Shown piece after piece: positions 27,952 to 36,664 of a stretch of DNA of 64,000 bases. The stretch spans positions 32,001-96,000 of the forward strand of contig CAVVJT010000003.1 of NCBI GenBank assembly GCA_963748625.1, written 5' to 3'. Position 1 is the first letter of the stretch, and each line of letters starts with the position of its first letter. The stretch is from an uncultured Chloroflexia bacterium (GTDB taxonomy: Bacteria; Chloroflexota; Limnocylindria; Limnocylindrales; CSP1-4). A program made the position numbers and the translations under genes. Under the pieces are notes generated by a model. It searched no databases. It saw only the letters and a program-made list of their open reading frames with translations, and was not told the origin of the DNA.

Positions 27952-28602
27952 ATAAGCCGAGAGCTGCGCATCAACCAGATGATCCGGGTCCCCCAGGTCC
28001 GGGTCCTCGACGAAGATGGCTCACAGCTGGGCGTCATGCCCACGCACCAAGCCCTGGCGATGGCGCAGGAGCGGGGCTTCGACCTCGTCGAAGTCGCTCC
28101 CACCGCGGCCCCTCCGGTCGTCAAGTTTCTCGACTACGGTCAGTACAAGTACGAGCTGACCAAGCGCGAGAAGGAGGCGAAGCGGAAGCAGCGGTCGGTG
28201 GAGTTCAAGGAGGTCCGCCTCACGCCGAAGATCGGCATTGGCGACTTCGAGACGAAGGTCCACCGGGCGATCGAGTTCCTGGAGGATGGGGACCGGATCA
28301 AGGTCACCGTCCGCTTCCGCGGTCGCGAGCTGACCCACCCGGAGATCGGGCGGGGACTCCTTGCGAAGTTCGGCGAGGCAGTGAAGGACCACGGCACCGT
28401 GGACCGTCTGCCGGTGCTGGAAGGCAAGTCGATGTTCATGACGCTCGCCTCGGTCCACAAGCCGAGGGTCCACGAGCACAAGAAGACTGATGGCGAGCAG
28501 CCGCACGCACCGGAAACGGAGCCCGCAGCTGACGCCCCCGTCCCGCCCGCGCCGACGCCCACCGACCCCCCGGCGGCCGAGGCGGCACCAGCAGGAGAGT
28601 GA
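27952..28602 (+). CDS. infC: Translation initiation factor IF-3 (non-canonical ATA start)
   Basis: (I)SRELRINQMIR...DLVEVAP...PPV.KFLDYG.YKYE...FRGRE; in-frame ATA after AAGGGA. Confidence 0.95.
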   Translation: MSRELRINQMIRVPQVRVLDEDGSQLGVMPTHQALAMAQERGFDLVEVAPTAAPPVVKFLDYGQYKYELTKREKEAKRKQRSVEFKEVRLTPKIGIGDFETKVHRAIEFLEDGDRIKVTVRFRGRELTHPEIGRGLLAKFGEAVKDHGTVDRLPVLEGKSMFMTLASVHKPRVHEHKKTDGEQPHAPETEPAADAPVPPAPTPTDPPAAEAAPAGE

Positions 28603-28609
28603 GGCCAGC

Positions 28610-28813
28610 GTGCCGAAGATGAAGACCCACAAGGGGGCCTCGAAGCGCATCGGGGTCACCGGGTCCGGGAAGTTCATCCGGGTGAAGTCCTGGCGCGGAC
28701 ACCACCTCGAGCTCAAGTCGTCGCGCCGCACCCGGCGGTACGCGGGCAAGGCCGTCATGGGACCCCAGTCCCAGGAGCAGCTCCGCGGCCTCCTCCCGTA
28801 CGCAGGGAAGTAG
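28610..28813 (+). CDS. rpmI: 50S ribosomal protein L35
   Basis: MPKMKTHKGASKRI.VTGSGK...H.LE.KS...LLPY. Confidence 0.97.
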   Translation: MPKMKTHKGASKRIGVTGSGKFIRVKSWRGHHLELKSSRRTRRYAGKAVMGPQSQEQLRGLLPYAGK

Positions 28814-28816
28814 CGA

Positions 28817-29167
28817 ATGGCACGCGTCAAGCGGGGCGTCACGTCCCACAAGCGCCACAAGCGCCTGCTCAACGCGGCTGAAGGCCGCAAGGGCACCAAC
28901 CGCAAGCTGATCAAGCGCGCGCACGAGTCCCAGCTCCACGCGCTGGCCTATGCGACCCGTGATCGCAAGCAGCGCAAGCGCGACATGCGCGAGCTGTGGA
29001 TCATCCGCATCAACGCCGCTGCGCGCCTGAACGGCATCACCTACAGCAAGTTCGTCAACGGGCTCAAGAAGGCCAATGTCGAGCTCGACCGCAAGGTCCT
29101 TGCCGACATCGCCGTGCGCGACGCCGCGACCTTCGGCCGCATCGCCGAGATCGCCAAGAGCGCCTGA
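28817..29167 (+). CDS. rplT: 50S ribosomal protein L20
   Basis: MARVKRG...[18 protein letters not shown]...[10 protein letters not shown]. Confidence 0.98.
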   Translation: MARVKRGVTSHKRHKRLLNAAEGRKGTNRKLIKRAHESQLHALAYATRDRKQRKRDMRELWIIRINAAARLNGITYSKFVNGLKKANVELDRKVLADIAVRDAATFGRIAEIAKSA

Positions 29168-29188
29168 CCCCGCGAGGTCGAACCGCTC

Positions 29189-29229
29189 GGACCCTCGACG
29201 TCGCCGACGATCGAGGGTTCGTGATTCTC
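29189..29229 (+). terminator. Hairpin terminator after rplT
   Basis: GGACCCTCGACGTCG / CGACGATCGAGGGTTC stem followed by GTGATTCT. Confidence 0.55.
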
Positions 29230-29285
29230 CGGGGCCTGACGGGCCCCCTCCAGCAGCCCGTCCACAGCGGACCAGCACCACGCCC

Positions 29286-30326
29286 ATGGACCTCGCGCAA
29301 CTGACATCCGATCTCCAGACACTGCGCAGCCGCGCGGTCGCCGCAACCGCGGCCGCCCCCGACACCGCCGCCCTCGACGCCATCGAGCTCGAGGTATTGG
29401 GCAAGAAGGGCGAGCTCACGGTCATCCTCCGCGGCATCGGCGCGCTGCAGCCCGAGGACCGTCCCAAGGTCGGCGCGGTCGCCAACGAGGTCCGCGTGGC
29501 GATCGAGGGCGCGTTGGGGGAGGCCCGGGGGCGCCTCGGATCGGCAGAGCTGGCGGCGCGCCTCGCAGCAGAGGCCGTGGACGTCACCACGTCGGGTCGC
29601 CCGATCCGGCGGGGATCACTGCACCCGATCATGGAGACGGCGCGCGAGATCGCGGAGGTCTTCGCGCAATTCGGCTTCCAGGTCTACGAGGGCCCGGAGA
29701 TCGAGGACGATGTCACCAACTTCCAGATGCTGAACATCCCGCCCGACCATCCGGCTCGGGACCTCTGGGACACGCTGTACCTGGACCTCGACGGGCGGCT
29801 CCTGCGGACCCACACGAGCCCCGGCCAGATCCGTGTCATGCATCAGGAGAAGCCCCCGATCCGCGCGCTGCTGCCGGGCCGCTGCTTCCGCTACGAGGCG
29901 GTGGACGCGAGCCATGCCTCGGAGTTCTTCCAGGTGGAAGGCCTGATGGTCGACGAGGGCACCTCGATGGCCGACCTCAAGGGCCTGCTCGACCAGTTCG
30001 CCCACGCCATGTTCGGCGCTGGCCGGGCCACCCGCTTCCGCCCTGGGTACTACCCGTTCACGGAGCCCTCCGTCGCCTTCGACATCCTGTGCGTCATCTG
30101 CAATGGCGAGAAGTGTCCCGCCTGTTCCCGCACGGGATGGATGACGATCCTGGGCGCCGGCATGGTGCATCCGGTGGTCCTGCGCTACGGCGGCATCGAT
30201 CCCGAGCGCTACCAGGGCTTCGCATTCGGGATGGGTGTCGAGCGCATCGCCAACCTGCGCCACCACGTGATCGACCTCCGGGCCTACATGGAGGACGACC
30301 TTCGCTTCCTGGGAGCCTTCCGGTGA
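29286..30326 (+). CDS. pheS: Phenylalanine--tRNA ligase alpha subunit
   Basis: GSLHP, HPARD..DT, LRTHTS, F.QVEG, YPFTEPS, CxxC..CxxC insert, GFAFGMG.ER. Confidence 0.97.
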   Translation: MDLAQLTSDLQTLRSRAVAATAAAPDTAALDAIELEVLGKKGELTVILRGIGALQPEDRPKVGAVANEVRVAIEGALGEARGRLGSAELAARLAAEAVDVTTSGRPIRRGSLHPIMETAREIAEVFAQFGFQVYEGPEIEDDVTNFQMLNIPPDHPARDLWDTLYLDLDGRLLRTHTSPGQIRVMHQEKPPIRALLPGRCFRYEAVDASHASEFFQVEGLMVDEGTSMADLKGLLDQFAHAMFGAGRATRFRPGYYPFTEPSVAFDILCVICNGEKCPACSRTGWMTILGAGMVHPVVLRYGGIDPERYQGFAFGMGVERIANLRHHVIDLRAYMEDDLRFLGAFR

Positions 30327-32828
30327 GAGTCCCCCTGTCCTGGCTGCGCGAGTTCGTCGACGTCGAGCTCACCCCCGAGCAGCTCGCCGAGCGCCTCACC
30401 CTCCTGGGGATGGAGGTCAAGCACATCGAGCGCTGGGGCGCCGACTGGCAGCACGTCGTCACTGGACGGCTCCTGACCGTGGAGCGGCACCCGCGCGCGG
30501 ACCGCCTCAGCCTCACCACCGTCACCTTCGATGACGGCAACGAGCCCCTGTCGATCATCTGCGGCGCGACGAACATCGCCCCCGGCCAGCGGATCCCGGT
30601 GGCCCTGCCAGGTGCGGTGCTGCCCGGCGACCGCCGCATCGAGCGTGCCGAGAAGATGGGCGTCGTCTCCAACGGCATGCTCTGCTCCGGCGAGGAGCTG
30701 CGCCTGACCGGCGACGGGGACGGGATCCTGATCCTGCCCGAGGACACGCCGCTCGGCGTGCCGCTGGTCGACCTCTACGGCGATACCGTCCTCGACGTGG
30801 ACGTCAAGCCCAATCGCGGCGATGCCCTCTCGATCCTCGGACTCGCACGCGAGGTCGCGGCGGCCACCCGCCAGCAGGTCCGCATGCCGTCCATCGAGGT
30901 GGAGGAGGGGAGCGGCCCGCCCACCTCCGAGCGCCTCGCCGTGGACGTCCGGGACCCCGACCTGTGCACCCGGTTCGCCGGGCGCTGGGTGAGCGGTGTG
31001 CGCATCGGGTCGTCGCCTGACGCGATCCAGATGCGCCTCCTGGCCGCCGGCCAGCGCCCGATCTCCAACGTCGTGGACGCCTCGAACTACGTCATGCTCG
31101 AGCTTGGCAAGCCCGTCCACACCTTCGACGGTGAGGCCATCCACGTCGGCCCCGACGGTCGTCGGACGATCGTGGTGCGCCGCGCGGAGGCGGGCGAGCG
31201 TCTCGAGACCCTGGACCACATCGAGCGCGAGCTCACGCCCGACATCCTGCTGATCGCGGACACGGCGGGCGCGCTCGCGGTGGCCGGCGTCATGGGTGGC
31301 GCCACGTCCGAGGTGTCCGACGCCACGACCGAGGTGTGCATCGAGTCCGCGGTGTTCGACGCGGTGAGCATCCGCCGCACCGCCCAGCGCCTCGCACTGC
31401 GATCCGAGGCCTCGAGCCGCTTCGAGAAGGGCCAGGAGAGCCGACTCGCGCGCCTCGGCGCCGATCGCACGGCCCAGTTCGTCAAGGCCTGGGCCGGCGG
31501 CGAGATCGCCGCAGGCGTGGTGGACACCGCGCCGGTCGATCCGCCTCGCAGCCGGGTCGCGTTCCGGCCCGCGCGCATCAACCGCCTGCTGGGGACCGGC
31601 CTGTCGACCGCTGAGCAGCAGGACCTGCTGGCCCGCGTCGGCGTGGACACGGAGCCTGCAGCCGCTGGCGAGATCATCGTGGTGGCGCTCAAGCCTGAGC
31701 CGCTGATGGTGTCGCCAGGGGCGGACGAGGCGCTCACGGCGGTCGTGCCGACCTGGCGGCGTGACATCGCCATCGAGGCGGACGTCGCCGAGGAGATCGC
31801 CCGCGTCCGGGGCTATGAGCTCGTTCCGTCGGTCACACCGGACACTGCGATGCCGGAGTTCCGTCCGTCACCCCTCGAGGTCCGGGAGCTGGTGAGGGAG
31901 ACGCTCGCGGGTGCCGGCCTCACCGAGGTCGTCACGACGGCGCTGGTGTCACCCAGGCACATCGAGACGTTCGTGCTGGCCCGCGAGGTTGAGTCCGTCG
32001 GCGGCGAGGACCAGCCGGGCGGCGAGCCGATCACGGCCACGAATCCACTCTCGCGTGATCACTCGCTGCTCCGGCGCAACCTCCTGGGCAGCATCCTGGA
32101 CGTGGTCGGGCGGCAACCTGCGCCACGGCACCGGCGACGTGGCGGTGTTCGAGATCGGCAAGGGGTACGCCCGGACGGGCACGCAGCCGCGGGAGTGGTG
32201 GCGTCTGACCTTCGCCCTGGTCGGGGACGCGGAGCCGGCGGCCTGGAACCGCGTGGCCCGCCCCTACGACGTCGATGACGCCAAGGGCATCCTCGAGCTG
32301 CTCGCACGGCGGGTGGGCCTGCCGGCACCCGCCTACGCGGCCGAGTCCGCCGAGCGGGTCTTCCACCCTGGCCGCACGGCCCGGGCATCGGTGCCGGGCG
32401 GCCTCAATGCCATCATTGGTGAGCTGCATCCGGACCTGTACGACGCCTGGGAGCTGCGGACCGCCCGGCGCGTGATCCTCGCCGATGTCGCGCTGGCAGG
32501 CCTTGCGCAGGGGCGGCTGTCTGCGGAGCGGGCACGGGTGGTTGGCCGATTTCCCGAAGTGGACCGTGACCTCGCCATCGTGGTCCCTGAGACGACGCCT
32601 GCGGCGGCCGTCGAGGGCCTCATCCGCCACCACGCGGGCGATCTGTTGCGCGACGTCCGCCTCTTCGACATCTACCGCGGCGTGCCCCTCGATCCGGCGG
32701 AGAAGAGCCTTGCATGGCGGGTCCGGTTCGCCGCGCCCGACCGCACGCTCACCGAGGCCGAGGTGGAGGCAGCCGTGGCTGCCGTGGTCACATCCCTGCC
32801 GTCGGTGGGCGGTCGTCTCCGAACCTGA
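30323..32828 (+). CDS. pheT: Phenylalanine--tRNA ligase beta subunit (single frameshift near 32110, probably assembly error)
   Basis: ICGA.N, SNGMLCS, KPNRGD.LS, NVVD..NYVMLE, RFEKG; continues in another frame as GNLRHG...FEIG...FHPGR...FP.V.RDLA...LFDIY.G. Confidence 0.95.
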
Positions 32829-32928
32829 CCAGCGACGCGTTGCCTTCGGCGTCGTGACGCTGCTACGCTGCGGGGCGGGGAGTAGGGCTGGCGCCCTTGT
32901 GCCGGTCCCGTCACGACGAGGGTGGAGC

Positions 32929-33513
32929 GTGGACTTCGGGGCGTTTCTCGGTTCGCTGAACCTGGTCGATGTGATCATCGGCCTCGCGCTGTTCGGCATG
33001 TTCATCGTCGGCTACGCCCAAGGGGCGGTCCGTCGGGGCGTGGGCGTCGTGACGATGACGTTCTCGTTCTTCCTGGCCGGCCAGCTCAACCAGTGGCTGG
33101 GCAAGTTCCTGGCCGAGAACTGGCTGCAGTACCCGGCGGCCTACTCCTACATGATCGGCTACCTGATCCTCTTCCTCGCAGGCGTCGTGGCCTTCGCCGT
33201 GATCGTCCAGGTGACCTACAGCAAGGTCGAGATGTTCGTCCGGTTCCCCGTCCTGGACGAGGTGCTCGGCGGACTGCTGGGCGTGACCTGGGGGCTGCTG
33301 TTCCTGATGTTCATCGTGACCATCATGGGCACCTACTTCCTGGCCGCCCCGGTCGGGGACCCCGACGAGATGACGATCCTCCGCAGCATGTGGATGACGA
33401 TCGACGGCTCGTGGTTCGGGCAGCTGCTCATCAACCAGGTGATCCCGGTCTTCGTCTCATGGATGTCGTTCCTGCTGCCGACGTCGGTGAACGCGGTCTA
33501 CGGGGCCCGCTGA
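32929..33513 (+). CDS. cvpA: CvpA family membrane protein
   Basis: NLVD.II...GY.QG, LD..LGGLLG; four hydrophobic segments; position after pheT. Confidence 0.8.
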   Translation: MDFGAFLGSLNLVDVIIGLALFGMFIVGYAQGAVRRGVGVVTMTFSFFLAGQLNQWLGKFLAENWLQYPAAYSYMIGYLILFLAGVVAFAVIVQVTYSKVEMFVRFPVLDEVLGGLLGVTWGLLFLMFIVTIMGTYFLAAPVGDPDEMTILRSMWMTIDGSWFGQLLINQVIPVFVSWMSFLLPTSVNAVYGAR

Positions 33514-34181
33514 CGGACGACCGCGCAGCCGCCCTCAGGAGCGCATTCGACCGATCCCTGCTCCAGGCGCCAACCCTCGAGGCGGCGCGCGCGCTGCTGG
33601 GGGCTCTCCTCGTCCGGGACCCGGACCCGCAGGATGGCGCGACTGCCGTGCGCAGGATCGGGAGGATCGTCGAGGTGGAGGCCTACATCGGCCTGGACGA
33701 TCGCGCATCGCACGCACGCATGGGACCGACATCCCGCAACCGGGTGATGTTCGGGCCCCCGGGCATCGCCTACGTGTACCTTGTCTACGGCATGCACAAC
33801 TGTCTCAATGTCGTCACTGAGGGCACCTCCACGCCCGCCGCCCTGCTCATCCGCGCTGTCGAACCGGTCGCGGGCCTCGCGGCCATGCGGCACGCCCGCC
33901 GCCTCGACCGTCCGGGTGCCCGGCACGTGGCCGATGCACGCCTTGCTGCTGGTCCGGGCCTCGTGGGAGCGGCCTTCGGCGTGGACCGGAGCCTGAACGG
34001 GCTCGACCTGTGCTCCGCTGTATCCCCGCTGCGCCTCGCCCCGCGCGCACCCGGCGATCCGGAGCCCGCGATCGCCAGCGGCCCACGCGTTGGGATCGCC
34101 TACGCCGGCGATCCCTGGACGTCGCAACCCTGGCGCATGTGGGTGGCGGGCAACCCGTCGCTGAGCGGTGGAGCCCGCTAG
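33510..34181 (+). CDS. mpg: DNA-3-methyladenine glycosylase (AAG/MPG family); start uncertain, possibly CTG
   Basis: [54 protein letters not shown]. Confidence 0.9.
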   Translation: MTDDRAAALRSAFDRSLLQAPTLEAARALLGALLVRDPDPQDGATAVRRIGRIVEVEAYIGLDDRASHARMGPTSRNRVMFGPPGIAYVYLVYGMHNCLNVVTEGTSTPAALLIRAVEPVAGLAAMRHARRLDRPGARHVADARLAAGPGLVGAAFGVDRSLNGLDLCSAVSPLRLAPRAPGDPEPAIASGPRVGIAYAGDPWTSQPWRMWVAGNPSLSGGAR

Positions 34182-34211
34182 CCGTGGACCCCCGATAGCC
34201 GTGGACCCCCG
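34179..34211. repeat. 16-bp direct duplication spanning the mutS2 start
   Basis: TAGCCGTGGACCCCCG at 34179 and 34196. Confidence 0.8.
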
Positions 34212-36606
34212 CTCGATCGCCCTCCTGGAGTTCCCACTCGTCCGTGCCCGACTCGCCGAGCGCACGTCCTTCGATCCTTCGAAGCGCCTCGCGGACGCCC
34301 TCGTGCCATCGGATGACCCGGTCCTCGTCACGCGTGCCCTCGATGAGACCGACCAGGCGCGGGCACTCCTGCAGGAGCGGGCCGGCGTCGGGATCGGCGG
34401 CGCGCACGATATCGACCCGTGGGTCGGGAGGGCCGCACGCGGGGGGCGCCTTGACGCGGCGCACTTCATGGAGATCGTGGACACGCTCGACGCGGCCGCG
34501 CACCTGGCGACCTCGCTCGCCGAAGAGCGCCGGCCGCTGCTGCGGGATCTCGGGCGGCGGATCCATGGCCTGCCCGCGCTGCGCAGCACGCTCGCGCGCA
34601 GCTTCGACCCCACGGGCGAGCTGCTCGACACGGCCTCGCCCCGCTTGGGCGGCCTGCGCGCGTCTGTTCGCATCGCCTACGACCGCCTGCGGCGGCGCCT
34701 CGACAGCCTCGTTGGCTCGGAGCTCGGCAGCGCGCTCCAGGAGCCCCTGGTCACCATGCGCAACGGGCGCTACGTGGTGCCGATCCGGGCCGACGCGCGC
34801 TCGAAGGTGAAGGGCATCGTCCATGACGCCTCCGGGTCCGGCGCCACGCTCTTCGTCGAGCCGCTCGTGATCGTGGAGCTCGGCAACGCATGGCGCGAGG
34901 CACAGGCGGCCGTTGACGAGGAGGTCGGCAGGATCCTCGATGAGCTGTCCGCGCTGGTCGGAGCCAATGCCACCCTGCTGCGGGAGACCCTCGAGGCCCT
35001 GGCCCAGTTCGACTTCTGGGCGGCCAAGGCCCAGCTGGCCGCCGAGATGGACGGGGTTCGCCCGGCGGCATCGGAGCGCCAGGAGGTCGTGCTCCTCTCC
35101 GCGCGGCACCCGGGGCTCACGGGCAAGGTCGTTCCGGTGGACATCCGGTTGGGTGACGGCTACACGGCGCTGGTGATCACCGGTCCCAACACCGGCGGCA
35201 AGACCGTGGCGCTCCGGACGCTCGGCCTGCTGGCCATCATGCACCAGGCCGGCCTGCACATCCCGGCTGAGGCCGGGTCCTCGCTGCCGGTGTTCCGTGA
35301 CGTCTTCGCCGACATCGGCGACGAGCAGTCGATCGCCCAGTCCTTGTCGACGTTCTCCGGGCACCTGCGATCGATCATCCGCATCGTGGAGAAGTCCGGC
35401 CCCGGGACCCTCGTCCTGCTCGACGAGCTCGGCGCAGGCACCGACCCGACGGAGGGTTCGGCGCTGGCCCAGGCGCTGCTCGACCACTTCATCCGGTCTG
35501 GCGCGCTCGTGGCGGCGACCACCCACTACGCGGAGATCAAGGTCTACGCCCACGAGACGCCCACCGCGCGCAACGCGTCGGTCGAGTTCAACCTCGAGAC
35601 ACTCTCGCCGACCTACCGTCTCACGATCGGCCTGCCGGGCGGCTCGCAGGCGTTCGCCATCGCGGAACGCCTGGGCCTGCCCGACACCATCGTCAATGAT
35701 GCCCGGAGCCGGCTGTCCGAGAACCAGAGGGCCTTCGAGTCCACCCTCGCGTCCATCAAGGTGCAGGAGCAGGAGATCGCCGAGGCGGTGGACAAGGCTC
35801 GCGCTGCGGAGGCACGGGCCGTCGAGGCTCAGAAGGCCGCCGAGGAGGAGCGCCGGCGCGCGCGCCGCGAGCGCGACGAAGCTGTGCGCGCCGCACGCGA
35901 GGAGGCACAACGCCTCGTGGATACCTTGCGTGAGGACGTCGCGGGCCTCCGCCGCAAGCTGGAGCGCGAGACCGTCACCGCACCGGCGATCGACGCCGCC
36001 CTCGCCCGCGCCGACCTGACGCTGGAGCGGCTGCCCGAGGCCAGGCCGGAGGTCCGTCGACCCGAGCCGGCTGTCCCGCGCACGTGGAGCCTGGGCGATC
36101 GCGCGCGCAGTCGCAGCGGCGGCTGGGAGGGCAGGATCGCGGCGCTCGAGAAGGGCGGGACGCGGGCCACGCTCGAGGCAGGCGGGATGCGGGTCTCCGT
36201 CGCCGTTGCGGATCTCGAGCCCGCGATCGGTGGGTCAGGCGGACCCGGGGCCGGGCATGCGCCCGAGACGGAGGCCGAGGCCGTCCGAGCGGCGACCCGG
36301 GCAGGCGCCTCGCGATCGACCCTTGGTGGCAGCATCTCGAACCTTGGCCTCGCCCGGGCCCGCTCGGTGGCCTCGTCGCTCGACCTGCGAGGCGCCCGCG
36401 TGGAGGAGGCACTCGAGGCACTCGACCGGTACCTCGATGACGCCTCACTGGCCGGCCTGGAGCAGGTCCTGATCATCCACGGCCTGGGGACGGGTGCGCT
36501 CCGGGATGCGGTCCGGGCGCAGGCGGGATCACACCCGCTGGTCAAGAGCTTCCGTGCCGGCGAGCGCGGCGAGGGTGGCGACGGGGCGACGATCGTCCGC
36601 CTCTGA
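34201..36606 (+). CDS. mutS2: Endonuclease MutS2
   Basis: LEF, GIVHD.S.SGAT.F.EP, GPNTGGKT, DIGDEQSI.QSLSTFSGH, DELGAGTDP, Smr domain LDLRG...IHG.GTG. Confidence 0.96.
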   Translation: MDPRSIALLEFPLVRARLAERTSFDPSKRLADALVPSDDPVLVTRALDETDQARALLQERAGVGIGGAHDIDPWVGRAARGGRLDAAHFMEIVDTLDAAAHLATSLAEERRPLLRDLGRRIHGLPALRSTLARSFDPTGELLDTASPRLGGLRASVRIAYDRLRRRLDSLVGSELGSALQEPLVTMRNGRYVVPIRADARSKVKGIVHDASGSGATLFVEPLVIVELGNAWREAQAAVDEEVGRILDELSALVGANATLLRETLEALAQFDFWAAKAQLAAEMDGVRPAASERQEVVLLSARHPGLTGKVVPVDIRLGDGYTALVITGPNTGGKTVALRTLGLLAIMHQAGLHIPAEAGSSLPVFRDVFADIGDEQSIAQSLSTFSGHLRSIIRIVEKSGPGTLVLLDELGAGTDPTEGSALAQALLDHFIRSGALVAATTHYAEIKVYAHETPTARNASVEFNLETLSPTYRLTIGLPGGSQAFAIAERLGLPDTIVNDARSRLSENQRAFESTLASIKVQEQEIAEAVDKARAAEARAVEAQKAAEEERRRARRERDEAVRAAREEAQRLVDTLREDVAGLRRKLERETVTAPAIDAALARADLTLERLPEARPEVRRPEPAVPRTWSLGDRARSRSGGWEGRIAALEKGGTRATLEAGGMRVSVAVADLEPAIGGSGGPGAGHAPETEAEAVRAATRAGASRSTLGGSISNLGLARARSVASSLDLRGARVEEALEALDRYLDDASLAGLEQVLIIHGLGTGALRDAVRAQAGSHPLVKSFRAGERGEGGDGATIVRL

Positions 36607-36664
36607 CCGCGGTGGCGGACCGGCCGGGACCAGGCGAGGCCGCCCGCGAGTGCCGGAGGAGACG

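Noticed and set aside
30323-32828. pheT as a pseudogene or programmed frameshift (shift near 32110)
   Set aside because: Essential gene with both halves intact and no slippery site; similar single-base indels in GC runs elsewhere point to sequencing error. Read pile-up would decide.
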